A stretch of DNA of 64,000 bases from an uncultured Oscillospiraceae bacterium (GTDB lineage: Bacteria > Bacillota > Clostridia > Oscillospirales > Ruminococcaceae): contig CAJTTH010000015.1 in assembly GCA_910579125.1 (NCBI GenBank), positions 777 through 64,776 of the forward strand, read 5' to 3'. Below the pieces are notes generated by a model. It saw only the letters and a program-made list of their open reading frames with translations. It made no database searches and was not told the DNA's origin. Of the stretch, positions 17,348-27,662 are shown piece by piece. The first letter of the stretch is position 1, and each line of letters starts with the position of its first letter. Both the position numbers and the translations under genes were made by a program.

Positions 17348-18568
17348 TCAGTCAAACATCTTCACATTCCCGTCGGGATACGCAAATCCGACAAAACCGC
17401 CCGCCTGTAATTTGTTCAGGAACGCGCCGAGCTTTTTCGGTTTTTTGTAAATCGAAACGTCGTACTCCTTACGCAGCTCCTCCGCTCTCGCGTAGACCTC
17501 CATAAAATTGTCCTCATAGAACGCCGCCAGTTTTTGCTTCGCCGAAGCGGCGCGGTTCTGCTCCGCGAGTATGCTGAAAATACGCTCAAAGCCTATCGAG
17601 AAGCCGCATGCAGGGATATCCTCGCCTATAAACTTGCCAATCAGCTTGTCGTAGCGTCCGCCGCCCGCGACCGAGCTTCCGAAGTTCTCCGAGCGCACCT
17701 CGAACACCGTGCCCGTGTAATAGCCCTGTCCGCGCACCAGCGAAACGTCGAATTCCACGCCGTAGCCGCCGTCCGCGATCGCCTTGCTGTCCGTGATTAT
17801 CTTCGAGAGCCGCGCGGTCTTTTCCCCGCCGACTATCTCCGACACCTTTTCCAACGTCAACGGGAGCTGCGAGAGCACGTCCGAAAGCTTGTCCACCGCG
17901 GACTTGTCAAAGCCCTTTTCGGTAAGCTCGGCGGCAACACCCTCCGCGCCTATTTTGTCGAGCTTATCAAAGCTCACGCACACGGTCGCCAACTCCTCCT
18001 CGGGAAACCCGAGCGCCGCCAGCATTCCGTTCAGCACAGTGCGGTCGTTCACGCGAACGGTAAAGCCGCCGATATCGAGTGCCTTCAGAGCTTTCGCGGT
18101 AACGGCGATAAGTTCGATCTCGCATTCGGGCTCACTGTCGCCGATAACGTCAATGTCGCACTGCATAAACTCGCGCAAACGCCCCTTTTGAGGGTTCTCG
18201 GCGCGGTACGCCTTATCCATTTGTATAGCCTTGAACGGCATCGGCAGGCTCTGCCTGTTCGACGCGAAATACCTTGTCAGCGGCAGGGTGAGATCGTACC
18301 GTAAGCCCATATCGCACAGCGCATTTTCGTCGCCGTCCGAAAGCGCCTTTTGCAGCTTGTCGCCGCGCTTGAGTATCTTGAATATCAGGTTGAGATTGTC
18401 GCCGCCGTCGCTCTTGTCGAGGTTCTCAATATCCTCGATCGCGGGTGTATTCACGCGCGAGAAGCCGTTCTCGCGGTAGACGTCGGCGATAGTGCGCTGT
18501 ATGCTTTCGCGCAGCTCCGCCTCCTGCGGAAGATAGTCGCGCGTTCCCTTTACACTTTTTATTTTCAT
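17348..18568 (-). CDS. hisS: Histidine--tRNA ligase
   Basis: 406 aa. Class II aaRS motifs (KGTRDYLP, GGGRYD) and a C-terminal anticodon-binding-like domain. Confidence 0.85.
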   Translation of the reverse strand: MKIKSVKGTRDYLPQEAELRESIQRTIADVYRENGFSRVNTPAIEDIENLDKSDGGDNLNLIFKILKRGDKLQKALSDGDENALCDMGLRYDLTLPLTRYFASNRQSLPMPFKAIQMDKAYRAENPQKGRLREFMQCDIDVIGDSEPECEIELIAVTAKALKALDIGGFTVRVNDRTVLNGMLAALGFPEEELATVCVSFDKLDKIGAEGVAAELTEKGFDKSAVDKLSDVLSQLPLTLEKVSEIVGGEKTARLSKIITDSKAIADGGYGVEFDVSLVRGQGYYTGTVFEVRSENFGSSVAGGGRYDKLIGKFIGEDIPACGFSIGFERIFSILAEQNRAASAKQKLAAFYEDNFMEVYARAEELRKEYDVSIYKKPKKLGAFLNKLQAGGFVGFAYPDGNVKMFD

Positions 18569-18606
18569 TGAATTTATTATCCTTTCAGGTTCTTATTTCC
18601 ATTTAA

Positions 18607-18635
18607 ATTATAGCATTTTGCCGCCGCTTTGTCAA
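18607..18635 (-). promoter_or_regulatory. Sigma-A-type promoter upstream of hisS
   Basis: Minus-sense TTGACA, 17 nt, TATAAT. The leader is only about 40 nt, so there is no room for a T-box. Confidence 0.5.
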
Positions 18636-18647
18636 GGCGGTTTTGTA

Positions 18648-19076
18648 TTATTCTCCATTCAGCGGTTCAACCGAACAATCGTCAAGCTCAACGACATACG
18701 CGCTTATTTCATAATCGTCATCCCGCCGCCCCCAGCCTACCGCCGAATGTAAAAACTCGTTTCTCGGATTGACCGCAAACAGCTCGGAGAGTACGCCGCC
18801 GAACCCCTCCGACGTAAGTGTTCCGTCGGGGAGCCTGTACGGAGGCGTGAATTTCTCGTACAGTCCTTGTATTTTAACGACACGCCCTTTCAGGCGGAAC
18901 AGCTCTGCCTCAGAGTCGTGGGCTTCATAGCGATAGTCGATATGCCCTACATCAACGGACATTTTCATCGGCATACGAACGAGCCACTCCACGCAGCCGC
19001 CGACCTTAAACGGTTCACCGCAGCACTGCAATTGCCAATCGTCGTAAAAAACACGGTAATTACCCTTTACAGCCAT
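18648..19076 (-). CDS. Hypothetical protein with a WQLQCCGEPF motif
   Basis: 142-aa ORF that overlaps the upstream GNAT stop by 10 nt. The motif resembles a DUF family as I recall it, but I cannot verify this. Confidence 0.5.
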   Translation of the reverse strand: MAVKGNYRVFYDDWQLQCCGEPFKVGGCVEWLVRMPMKMSVDVGHIDYRYEAHDSEAELFRLKGRVVKIQGLYEKFTPPYRLPDGTLTSEGFGGVLSELFAVNPRNEFLHSAVGWGRRDDDYEISAYVVELDDCSVEPLNGE

Positions 19077-19498
19077 TGAATGAACCCCGTTTTCTCGCCG
19101 CGCTTATAACCCGCGTTTTCGTAGAATTTGAGCGTGCTCTCCGATTTCGAGCCTGTAAGCAGCGCGATATTGTAGCAGCCCGCCTCGGCGGCGATCTCCC
19201 TTGCGCGGTTCAGACAGGCGGTTGCAAGCCCCCTGCCGCGGTAATCCGCGTGAGTGACGACGTTCTCAACGCGCGCGTAAGGTCGCACTCCGCGCGTCAG
19301 ATTAGGAACGACGACAACCGTGCACAAGGACACGATTTTTCCGTCCTCCTCGGCAACGATAATGTGATAGTTCCCGTCCGAGAGTATCTTCTCCCACGTT
19401 TCCGCCGCCGCTTCGTATTCGGGGATATCCGTTTCGTGCAGATGAAGATACAGCTCCATAAGCTGCCGATAATCTCCGTTGTTTATTTCGCGTATCAT
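19067..19498 (-). CDS. GNAT family N-acetyltransferase
   Basis: Acetyl-CoA-binding-type motif RGRGLATACL. I prefer the start MIREINNGDY at 19498, which has a GGGAGGG SD. Confidence 0.8.
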   Translation of the reverse strand: MIREINNGDYRQLMELYLHLHETDIPEYEAAAETWEKILSDGNYHIIVAEEDGKIVSLCTVVVVPNLTRGVRPYARVENVVTHADYRGRGLATACLNRAREIAAEAGCYNIALLTGSKSESTLKFYENAGYKRGEKTGFIQWL

Positions 19499-19545
19499 AA
19501 TTCCCTCCCAAGAAAATCTGCCCGACATAAGCCGGGCAGCACAAA

Positions 19546-20052
19546 TTATTCCTCCGAGTTTTCTGCTTCTTCCGCAGTGTCAAGCCCCGCCTGAGCCTTG
19601 AGCAGATCGCGTATCTCGGTGAGCAGTACAAGCTGAGGATCTGGAGCGGGCGGCGCAGAGGGAGCCTCCTCCTTTTTCTTCTTGCTCGCCTTTTCCTTGA
19701 TAACGTTCATTATCTTAACGATAGCGAACACGCATATAGCCGTCAGCAGGAACGTAAGTATCGCCTGAAAAAAACTGCCTACCGGAATATGTACCGGCGG
19801 CTGGTTAAAAAACGACCACGGCAATACGATCTCGAGTGCCTGAAGATTGATACCCGCCATTATTATGCCGATAATGGGCATAATGATATCGTTTACAAGC
19901 GAGTTTACTATCGCGGTAAACGCGCCGCCTATAATAACGCCGACCGCCATATCCAACACGTTGCCTCTGGAAATAAAGGTCTGGAATTCCTTAAGTATCT
20001 TCATGAATGCGCTGGGCTTTTTTTCAGCCTGAGGTTTCTGTTCTTCCGCCAT
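19546..20052 (-). CDS. mscL: Large-conductance mechanosensitive channel
   Basis: FISRGNVLDMAVGVIIGGAF signature and two TM helices. The acidic/Pro-rich C-terminal tail is longer than usual. Confidence 0.9.
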   Translation of the reverse strand: MAEEQKPQAEKKPSAFMKILKEFQTFISRGNVLDMAVGVIIGGAFTAIVNSLVNDIIMPIIGIIMAGINLQALEIVLPWSFFNQPPVHIPVGSFFQAILTFLLTAICVFAIVKIMNVIKEKASKKKKEEAPSAPPAPDPQLVLLTEIRDLLKAQAGLDTAEEAENSEE

Positions 20053-20088
20053 TTGAGCATCTTCCTTTCAAAAAGTATTACAATACAG

Positions 20089-20117
20089 ATTTTACCATAA
20101 ATTTCGGTATTTGTCAA
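20089..20117 (-). promoter_or_regulatory. Sigma-A-type promoter upstream of mscL
   Basis: Minus-sense TTGACA, 17 nt, TGgTAAAAT. It shares the string aaatttatggtaaaat with the GH3 promoter at 578-606. Confidence 0.5.
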
Positions 20118-20123
20118 CCTTTT

Positions 20124-22946
20124 TTATAACATTCTTTTGAGATATTCGCCTGTATATGATTTTTTGTTTTTGGCGATCTCCTCGGGAGTGCCCTTTGCTA
20201 TCACCGTGCCGCCCTTGTCGCCGCCCTCGGGACCCATATCAATAATATAGTCGGCGGTCTTGATAACGTCCAGATTATGCTCGATAACAAGCACGGTGTT
20301 CCCCGAATCGGTGAGACGCTGCAAAATGTCGATCAGCTTTTTCACATCAGCGGAATGCAGTCCCGTCGTCGGCTCATCAAGAATGTAGATCGTTTTTCCC
20401 GTGGAGCGCTTTGACAGCTCAGTCGCGAGCTTAATGCGCTGCGCTTCGCCGCCCGAAAGTGTAGTTGACGACTGTCCGATTTTAATATACCCGAGCCCTA
20501 CCTCATCTAAGGTTTTAAGTTTATTGTAAATTCTGGGAATATTAGCAAAAAATTCCACACCCTCGGAAACCGTCATCTCCAGAACATCATAGATATTTTT
20601 GCCCTTGTATTTGACCTCCAGCGTCTCACGGTTGTAGCGGTGACCTTTGCAGACCTCGCACGGTACAAAGATATCGGGCAGAAAGTGCATCTCGATCTTG
20701 AGTATTCCGTCGCCCTCGCAAGCCTCGCAGCGACCGCCCTTTACGTTGAACGAAAACCGCCCCGCCGTGTAGCCGCGCGTTTTCGCGTCGTTGGTCTTGG
20801 CGAACAGATCGCGTATATCCGTAAACACACCCGTATACGTCGCGGGATTGGAGCGCGGCGTTCTTCCGATAGGCGACTGGTCGATCATAATGACCTTGTC
20901 GAGGTGCTCCAGACCTTTCATATTCTTGAATTTACCCGCGCGGACGCGTCCCCTGTTCAGCTTTCCGAACAGGTGCTTGTAGACTATCTCGTTGACGAGC
21001 GAGCTTTTTCCGCTGCCCGAAACGCCCGTAACGCAAGTGAACACGCCGATAGGGATATCAACGTTTATCTTTTTGAGGTTGTTCTCCTCCGCACCGATTA
21101 CCTGCAGCCGCCTGTCGTCGGGAGCGCGCCGCTTTTTCGGCACGGGAATTTTCTTCTTGCCGCTGAGATACTGCCCCGTAATGGATTTTCCGCACTTCAG
21201 AATGCCGTCCACATTGCCGCTGTACACAACGTTTCCGCCATGCACGCCCGCCTCGGGACCGATATCGACTATCCAGTCCGCCGCGCGCATTGTGTCCTCG
21301 TCGTGTTCGACGACTATCAGCGTGTTTCCGAGGTCGCGGAGGTTTTTCAGCGTCGCAATCAGCTTATCGTTGTCACGCTGATGAAGCCCGATAGACGGCT
21401 CGTCCAGAATATACAGCACGCCCGTCAGTGCGCTGCCGATCTGCGTTGCCAGACGGATACGCTGGCTCTCGCCGCCCGAGAGCGTTCCCGCCGACCGCGA
21501 CAGTGTCAAATATTCCAGTCCCACGCTCCGCAAGAACCCGAGCCGCGACTTTATCTCTTTAAGGAGCTGCTCCGCGATCATCTTGTCGCGCTCCGAAAGC
21601 TGCAAATTCTCGATAAACTCCAGAGCGTTCACCACGGACATCTTGCAGAAGTCGCTGATATTCAAGCCGCCCACCGTGACCGCCAAAGCCGCGTCGTTCA
21701 GACGTTCGCCGTGACATTTCGGGCAGACCGCGTCGCTCATAAAGTCCTCGAGCGCGTCATGCGCGTACATTGCGGCGTTGCTCTCATTGTAACGGCGCTG
21801 CAAATTGTTGGCAACGCCTTCAAATTCAGTATAGTACTGCCCGCCGCCCTGCGTTCTCGGACGCTTTACAAGAATTTTCTCACCCTTTGTACCATAGAGT
21901 ATCTCGTCGACAGCTTTTTTCGGCAGCTCGGAAAGCGGCTGCTCTACCGAGAAATTATGCCGCTCGGCAAGCGCGTCAAAGTACATTGCCGCGATAGTAC
22001 CCTCGTTGTACGTCCACCCGTAAGCCTTTATACCGCCGTCCTTTATCGACAGGTCCATATTCGGCAGGATAAGGTCGGGATCGATGCGCCGATAGCTGCC
22101 GAGACCCGTACACTCGGGACAAGCTCCGAACGGGTTGTTGAACGAGAACATACGCGGCACCAGCTCGTCCACCGAAACGCCGTGCTCGGGGCAGGAGTAG
22201 CTCTGCGAGAAATGTAATTCATCGCCGTCCGTTACATCAATGTATATAAGTCCGCCTGTCAAAGAACCCGCTGTTTCAATACTTTCGGAAAGCCGCGTTT
22301 TCAGTCCGTCCTTGATAACGAGACGGTCAACGATTATCTCAATGTTGTGCTTGATATTCTTTTCGAGCGAGATTTTCTCGGAGAGGTCGTAGGTTATGCC
22401 GTCGACGCGCACACGCGAAAAACCCGACTTCCGCGCCGCCTCGAACTCCTTCTTGTGCTCGCCCTTGCGACCGCGTACAACGGGCGCGAGCACCTGAAAT
22501 TTCGTCTTTTCGGGCAGCTCAAGCACCCTGTCAACTATCTCGTCAACGGTCTGCTGCTTTATCTCGCGACCGCAGACGGGGCAGTGGGGAATGCCGATAC
22601 GCGCGTACATAAGTCGCAGATAGTCGTATATCTCCGTGACCGTTCCAACCGTGGAGCGCGGATTTTTCGAGGTGGTTTTCTGGTCAATCGAGATGGCGGG
22701 GGAAAGTCCGTCAATGCTGTCAACATCGGGCTTTTCCATTTGTCCGAGGAACATTCTCGCATACGAGGACAGGCTCTCCATGTAGCGCCGCTGTCCGTCC
22801 GCGAAGATCGTGTCGAACGCAAGCGAGGACTTTCCCGAACCCGAAACTCCCGTCAGCACAACCAGCTTGTCGCGCGGTATTGTCACGTCGATATTGTTGA
22901 GGTTGTGTTCCCTCGCGCCTTTTATAATTATTTTATCGTTAGCCAT
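20124..22946 (-). CDS. uvrA: Excinuclease ABC subunit A
   Basis: 940 aa. Two ABC modules ([10 protein letters not shown] twice), zinc-finger Cys pairs and LSGGE signatures. Confidence 0.95.
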   Translation of the reverse strand: MANDKIIIKGAREHNLNNIDVTIPRDKLVVLTGVSGSGKSSLAFDTIFADGQRRYMESLSSYARMFLGQMEKPDVDSIDGLSPAISIDQKTTSKNPRSTVGTVTEIYDYLRLMYARIGIPHCPVCGREIKQQTVDEIVDRVLELPEKTKFQVLAPVVRGRKGEHKKEFEAARKSGFSRVRVDGITYDLSEKISLEKNIKHNIEIIVDRLVIKDGLKTRLSESIETAGSLTGGLIYIDVTDGDELHFSQSYSCPEHGVSVDELVPRMFSFNNPFGACPECTGLGSYRRIDPDLILPNMDLSIKDGGIKAYGWTYNEGTIAAMYFDALAERHNFSVEQPLSELPKKAVDEILYGTKGEKILVKRPRTQGGGQYYTEFEGVANNLQRRYNESNAAMYAHDALEDFMSDAVCPKCHGERLNDAALAVTVGGLNISDFCKMSVVNALEFIENLQLSERDKMIAEQLLKEIKSRLGFLRSVGLEYLTLSRSAGTLSGGESQRIRLATQIGSALTGVLYILDEPSIGLHQRDNDKLIATLKNLRDLGNTLIVVEHDEDTMRAADWIVDIGPEAGVHGGNVVYSGNVDGILKCGKSITGQYLSGKKKIPVPKKRRAPDDRRLQVIGAEENNLKKINVDIPIGVFTCVTGVSGSGKSSLVNEIVYKHLFGKLNRGRVRAGKFKNMKGLEHLDKVIMIDQSPIGRTPRSNPATYTGVFTDIRDLFAKTNDAKTRGYTAGRFSFNVKGGRCEACEGDGILKIEMHFLPDIFVPCEVCKGHRYNRETLEVKYKGKNIYDVLEMTVSEGVEFFANIPRIYNKLKTLDEVGLGYIKIGQSSTTLSGGEAQRIKLATELSKRSTGKTIYILDEPTTGLHSADVKKLIDILQRLTDSGNTVLVIEHNLDVIKTADYIIDMGPEGGDKGGTVIAKGTPEEIAKNKKSYTGEYLKRML

Positions 22947-22966
22947 TTGTTTTTATCTCCTGTTTT

Positions 22967-23379
22967 TCAACACAAATAATTATCGTATACTTTATTATGC
23001 GCTCCGGCGAGCTTTTCAAACGACACTGCGAAGCCGTGATTTTCAAGCGCACATATTCTCTCCCCCTGCTTCGGGAATTACTTTCATTGCTATCATATTA
23101 CAGTCAAACCACTCGAAGACGGGATCGATCATCAGCGAAAGAATTTCGTCTGATATAACCCTTGCTATCTAACTTTTCACGCCTCGGACATTGCGTTAAA
23201 GCTGAAACTCAAAATACTTCTCGACCTCAGAAACGGTCTGTTCAATAGTTGTACTATCATCCCACATAATATTCTTAACGCCGTTTTTGACGACCCATTC
23301 GGGAATTATTCCTTCACCGTCCCCGGATAAAGTACACCTTCTTCAGTCTGTCTCTGATTATGTTGTCGGCTATATACAT
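22967..23379 (-). pseudogene. AT-rich degraded ORF remnants between uvrB and uvrA
   Basis: An ATG overlaps the uvrB stop (TAATG) and opens [18 protein letters not shown]. The frame breaks at a CCGGGG run and continues in another frame as GDGEGIIPEWVVKNGVKNIMWDD...FEFQL*. Further broken frames follow, ending in a GNAT-like tail (...ENMCA / [12 protein letters not shown]...). Confidence 0.3.
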
Positions 23380-25358
23380 TATTCCTGCAACTCCTTTATC
23401 CTGTCGCGCAAATAAGCCGCGTGCTCGAAATCAAGCAGCTTCGCCGCCTTTTTCATTTCGACGGTGTACTGTGCTATCAGCTTTTCGCGCTCGCGGCGCG
23501 GGAGCTTCTTAAGGTCGGACTTTTTGCCCTTATGCCTCTTGTCGTCCCTCTTAGTTATCTCCAGAACATCGCGAACGTCCTTGATAATGGTTTTCGGAAT
23601 AATTCCGTTTTCGGTATTATAGCGCTTTTGTATCTCACGGCGGCGCTGCGTTTCGGTAATTGCCAGCTCCATTGACCGCGTGACCTCGTCCGCGTACATT
23701 ATGACCGTGCCCTCCGCGTTTCGCGCGGCGCGTCCTATCGTCTGCACGAGCGACGTTTCCGAGCGCAGAAAGCCCTCCTTGTCCGCGTCCAGAATTGCGA
23801 CCAGCGAGACCTCGGGAATATCCAGCCCCTCGCGGAGCAGATTTATCCCGACCAGCACGTCGAACTCGCCCGAGCGCAGATCGCGGATTATCTCCATACG
23901 CTCGATAGTGTCGATGTCGTGGTGCATATATCGTACTTGTATGCCCGCCTTGTCGAGATATTCCGTCAAGTCCTCCGCCATTTTTTTGGTTAGCGTGGTT
24001 ACGAGAACGCGCTGCTTTTTCTCAACTCGCGTGTTTATCTCCGAGATAAGGTCCTCTATCTGCCCCTCGGTCGGCTTGACAATAATTTCGGGGTCGAGCA
24101 GTCCCGTCGGACGGATTATCTGCTCGACTATCTGCGTTGAGCGGTCGCGCTCGAAATCGCCGGGGGTCGCCGAAACGAAAACCGCCTGCGGTATCTTCTC
24201 GTAAAACTCGTCGAAATTGAGCGGTCTGTTGTCGTAAGCGCACGGCAGTCTGAATCCGTAGTCGACGAGATTTTTCTTTCGCGCGACGTCGCCGCCGTAC
24301 ATTCCGCGAACCTGCGGCAGCGTGACGTGGCTCTCGTCCACCATAAGCAGAAAATCCTCGGGAAAGTGGTCGATAAGCGTAATCGGCGTGCTCCCGGGCG
24401 GTCTGCGCGCAAGCACGCGCGAGTAGTTCTCAACGCCCTTGCAGGTGCCGATCTCGCGGAGCATTTCCATATCGTAGCGCGTGCGCTGCTCAATTCTCTG
24501 TGCCTCGACAAGCTTGTTGCTGTCCTTGAAGAACTTGACGCGCTCCTCCATTTCGGCTTCAAGCTCCGCAAGCGCTTCCTCCATTTTCTCCCTACCGATA
24601 ATATAGTGCGACGCGGGGAATATCATCGTATGCAGAATAGTCGCGCGCGTATTGCCCGTAACGACCTCAAACTCGCTGAGCCTGTCTATCTCGTCACCGA
24701 AGAACTCCACGCGCACCGCCGTTTCGTTGGTGCTGCCCGCGGGGAAGATCTCGAGCGTATCTCCCTTGACGCGGAACTTGTTGCGTATAAAATTCAGCTC
24801 GTTGCGTTCATACTGCATATCGACGAGTCGCGCGATGACCTCCTCGCGCGATATCTCCTGTCCTTGCCGCAGCGAGAGCGTATTCGAGCGGTAATCCTCG
24901 GGGCTGCCGAGCGAGTAAATACACGACACCGACGACACGATGATAACGTCGCGGCGCTCCGCAAGCGAGGCGGTCGCCGAGTGGCGCAGACGGTCTATCT
25001 CGTCGTTGATAGCGCTGTCCTTTTCGATGTAAGCGTCGGTAGAAGGAATATAGGCTTCGGGTTGGTAATAGTCGTAATAGCTTACAAAAAACTCCACCGC
25101 GTTATTCGGGAAGAACTCGCGGAATTCCGAGCAGAGCTGCGCCGCGAGGGTCTTGTTGTGCGCGAGGACAAGCGTTGGCTTATTCACGTTCGCGATAATA
25201 TTCGCCATGGTGAACGTCTTACCCGACCCCGTAACGCCGAGCAGCGTCTGCTCCTTATCGCCGCGCAGAACGCCCTCGGACAGCATAGCAATAGCCTCGG
25301 GCTGGTCTCCCGTAGGCTTGTATTCGGAATGAAGCTCAAATTTCTTTTCCGTATCCAT
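23379..25358 (-). CDS. uvrB: Excinuclease ABC subunit B
   Basis: 659 aa. [12 protein letters not shown] Walker A, helicase motifs and a C-terminal UVR domain. Confidence 0.95.
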   Translation of the reverse strand: MDTEKKFELHSEYKPTGDQPEAIAMLSEGVLRGDKEQTLLGVTGSGKTFTMANIIANVNKPTLVLAHNKTLAAQLCSEFREFFPNNAVEFFVSYYDYYQPEAYIPSTDAYIEKDSAINDEIDRLRHSATASLAERRDVIIVSSVSCIYSLGSPEDYRSNTLSLRQGQEISREEVIARLVDMQYERNELNFIRNKFRVKGDTLEIFPAGSTNETAVRVEFFGDEIDRLSEFEVVTGNTRATILHTMIFPASHYIIGREKMEEALAELEAEMEERVKFFKDSNKLVEAQRIEQRTRYDMEMLREIGTCKGVENYSRVLARRPPGSTPITLIDHFPEDFLLMVDESHVTLPQVRGMYGGDVARKKNLVDYGFRLPCAYDNRPLNFDEFYEKIPQAVFVSATPGDFERDRSTQIVEQIIRPTGLLDPEIIVKPTEGQIEDLISEINTRVEKKQRVLVTTLTKKMAEDLTEYLDKAGIQVRYMHHDIDTIERMEIIRDLRSGEFDVLVGINLLREGLDIPEVSLVAILDADKEGFLRSETSLVQTIGRAARNAEGTVIMYADEVTRSMELAITETQRRREIQKRYNTENGIIPKTIIKDVRDVLEITKRDDKRHKGKKSDLKKLPRREREKLIAQYTVEMKKAAKLLDFEHAAYLRDRIKELQE

Positions 25359-25392
25359 AATGCTCCTTATATAAAAACATATTCACAAATAT

Positions 25393-25421
25393 ATTATACA
25401 CGTGAACAATATATTTGTCAA
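25393..25421 (-). promoter_or_regulatory. Sigma-A-type promoter upstream of uvrB
   Basis: Minus-sense TTGACA (25421-25416), 17 nt, TATAAT (25398-25393). Confidence 0.5.
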
Positions 25422-25435
25422 GAGGATTTTAAAAT

Positions 25436-26131
25436 TTAACTCCAGATATCCCTGAGAATTTCCGAACTCCGCATAGAATACCCCTCGCCGCCGAAACCGA
25501 TAATAATATGGTCCACCAAGGTAATGCCTGCCGTTCGCAGCGCGTTGTACATATCTCTTGTTGCGTTGATATCGGCAACCGACGGCGACGGAGAGCCCGT
25601 TGTGTGGTTATGTACCAGCACGACATTGGAGCTGTTTGCGATAACGGCGTTTCTGATTATATCCTTTGCTCGTACAGTTGTCGAATCGGGACCGCCGAGG
25701 TTCAGGCGCGTCCGGCTTATCATATTCTGGCGCGAATCGAGTATCAATATGTACGTCATTTCCTTTGTGGAATGCGCAAATATCGGCGAACAATATTCAA
25801 TGATCTTTTGCGGTGTGTTGAGTTGAATTCTCTTTTCCTCACGCTCGGGCAGCCATCTGAAAAAATCACCTATAAAGCTGAGATATGTTGACGCGGTTTC
25901 GCCTATATTATCGACCTCCATAAGCTCGTTTCGGTCTGCCGAAAGCACTCCGTTTACAGAACCGAACCGTTCTATCAGCGCGTGGCTGATATTGTTGGTG
26001 TTGCACCGCGAAAACACCAGAAACAGCAGCATCTCCAAGACCTCGTGCTCCTCAAAGCACTCAATGCCGTGTTCGAGGTATTTCTTCAGCATACGCTGTC
26101 TGTGTCCCGCGTGAAGATTTTTATCACTCAT
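25436..26131 (-). CDS. radC: RadC-family JAB/MPN domain protein
   Basis: 231 aa. JAMM motif HNHTTGSPSPSVAD and an N-terminal HhH-like region. Confidence 0.85.
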   Translation of the reverse strand: MSDKNLHAGHRQRMLKKYLEHGIECFEEHEVLEMLLFLVFSRCNTNNISHALIERFGSVNGVLSADRNELMEVDNIGETASTYLSFIGDFFRWLPEREEKRIQLNTPQKIIEYCSPIFAHSTKEMTYILILDSRQNMISRTRLNLGGPDSTTVRAKDIIRNAVIANSSNVVLVHNHTTGSPSPSVADINATRDMYNALRTAGITLVDHIIIGFGGEGYSMRSSEILRDIWS

Positions 26132-26202
26132 ATATTCACCTCAATAAACCGCGCAGACTTGAGCACTGTCCGCGCTTGCGAAATGCCGAATATCCCCTAA
26201 AT

Positions 26203-26241
26203 CAAAAAACCTTTACAGACCGCAAAAACGCGTTGTAAAGG
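26203..26241 (-). terminator. Rho-independent terminator (second of two after the tRNA)
   Basis: Minus-sense CCTTTACA...TGTAAAGG stem followed by TTTTTTG. Confidence 0.55.
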
Positions 26242-26275
26242 CAATATGTAACAACAAAAAGATTTCCTTTGTTCC

Positions 26276-26308
26276 GAGAAAAACGGGAGAAGCCGAACGA
26301 CCTCTCCC
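26276..26308 (-). terminator. Rho-independent terminator immediately after tRNA-Arg
   Basis: Minus-sense GGGAGAGG...CTTCTCCC stem followed by GTTTTTCTC. Confidence 0.6.
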
Positions 26309-26330
26309 GATATAAGCAGCGGCTTGCCGC

Positions 26331-26407
26331 TGGTACGCCCGATGCGATTCGAACGCATGACACATAGCGTCGGAGGCTATTGCTCTATCCAGCTGAGCTA
26401 CGGGCGC
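26331..26407 (-). tRNA. tRNA-Arg (anticodon CCG) with an encoded CCA
   Basis: Hand-folded cloverleaf, 77 nt: GCGCCCG TA GCTC AGCTGGATA GAGC A ATAGC CTCCGAC GCTAT GTGTC ATGCG TTCGAAT CGCAT CGGGCGT ACCA. All four stems pair (G1-U72 wobble). Confidence 0.9.
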
Positions 26408-26506
26408 ATATAAACAGTTTTGATCGAGTATTCGTCATATTGATGATTTGCGGGTACGAACCCGAAATGTCACAGGTAATAGCAAGCGATACCCATCAAC
26501 TTTTTA

Positions 26507-26535
26507 ATTATATCACATTTTTTGCTTTTTGTCAA
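26507..26535 (-). promoter_or_regulatory. Consensus sigma-A promoter driving the tRNA-Arg unit
   Basis: Minus-sense TTGACA, 17 nt, TGaTATAAT. About 100 nt of leader lies before the mature tRNA 5' end. Confidence 0.55.
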
Positions 26536-26556
26536 GTGGAATTAACAAAATGAGCG

Positions 26557-26579
26557 AAAAAATGCCGTTGTAAAACGGC
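26557..26579 (-). terminator. Rho-independent terminator of tsf
   Basis: Minus-sense GCCGTT-ttac-AACGGC followed by ATTTTTT, about 50 nt after the tsf stop. Confidence 0.6.
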
Positions 26580-26628
26580 TGCACAGTCTCCCGCGCAGCC
26601 GTCTGAACAGCTTTGAATACTCTGTAAA

Positions 26629-27534
26629 TTACTTGATCATCGACGCAACCTCGTCAGCGAAGTTGTCCTCTTTCTTCTCAATACCCTCGCCGCGCTCATA
26701 ACGAACGAACTGCTCAACGGTGATCGTGCAGCCCTGTGCCTTTGCAACGGACTCAATATACTTGCCAATCTTCATTGAAGGATCCTTGAAGTACTCCTGA
26801 TCGAGCAGGCACTTCTCCTCGTAGAACTTTCTGATACGACCCTCAACGATCTTCTCTGCAACATTCGCGGGTTTGCCCTCCTGCTCAACGAGCTTGGTCT
26901 GAACATCTTTCTCGTTTGCGAGAACGTCAGCGGGAACATCATCTCTGCTGATATACTCCGCGCCCATAGCGGTAGCCTGGAGAGCTATGTTCTTGCCGCA
27001 AGCGATAACATCCGCATTGTCGGGCTTATCGGACGCGATCTTTACGATAGTACCGAGTCTGCCGCCATCATGCATATAGTGGATAAGAGTACCCTCAAGC
27101 ATCTGGAAACGGCGGATCTGGATATTCTCGCCGATAGTCGCGATTTTATCTGTAAGGTACTCGGAAACGGTCATAGAAGTACCCGCAGCGGTAACGCTCT
27201 TGAGTGCCTCAACGTCTGCAACGTCGTTGTTCAGCAGAGTGTCGGCGATAACCTCAACAAGCTCCAGAAATCTGTCGGACTTAGCCGCGAAGTCTGTCTC
27301 GCAGTTGATCTCAACGATAACGCCCTTATCGCCGTTTACCTTGGTCTTGACAACGCCCTCGGCGGCAATTCTGCCCGCCTTCTTTACAGCCTTTGCCTGT
27401 CCCTTTTCACGAAGTATCTTGACAGCCTCATCGCGGTTGCCGTCAGCCTCCTCGAGCGCTCTCTTGCAGTCCATCATGCCGCAGCCTGTCATATCGCGCA
27501 GCTCTTTAACGTCCTGTGCAGTTATATTAGCCAT
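26629..27534 (-). CDS. tsf: Translation elongation factor Ts
   Basis: 301 aa. N-terminal UBA-like motif ITAQDVKELRDMTGCGMMDCKRAL. Directly downstream of rpsB. Confidence 0.95.
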   Translation of the reverse strand: MANITAQDVKELRDMTGCGMMDCKRALEEADGNRDEAVKILREKGQAKAVKKAGRIAAEGVVKTKVNGDKGVIVEINCETDFAAKSDRFLELVEVIADTLLNNDVADVEALKSVTAAGTSMTVSEYLTDKIATIGENIQIRRFQMLEGTLIHYMHDGGRLGTIVKIASDKPDNADVIACGKNIALQATAMGAEYISRDDVPADVLANEKDVQTKLVEQEGKPANVAEKIVEGRIRKFYEEKCLLDQEYFKDPSMKIGKYIESVAKAQGCTITVEQFVRYERGEGIEKKEDNFADEVASMIK

Positions 27535-27662
27535 TGTTTTATCTCCTTATCTAAATTTGCATGATCCGCACCGGCAAACCTCATTTGCTCTGTTGCGGCG
27601 GTAATTCCCACGCTTTGCTCCGTCATTCCCGCCTGCCGCGGATCTTGCCTTGTATATTTTAA

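Noticed and set aside
25381-25435. A LexA (Cheo-box, CGAACnnnnGTTCG) site in the uvrB promoter.
   Set aside because: The nearest candidates (GAACAATATATTTGTC and GAATATGTTT) do not fit the GAAC-N4-GTTC spacing or have a degenerate half-site. I cannot support an SOS box by eye.
26418-26480. A second (pseudo-)tRNA in the leader of tRNA-Arg.
   Set aside because: The acceptor-like stem and T-arm-like hairpin span only about 60 nt. No D-arm or anticodon arm can be drawn.
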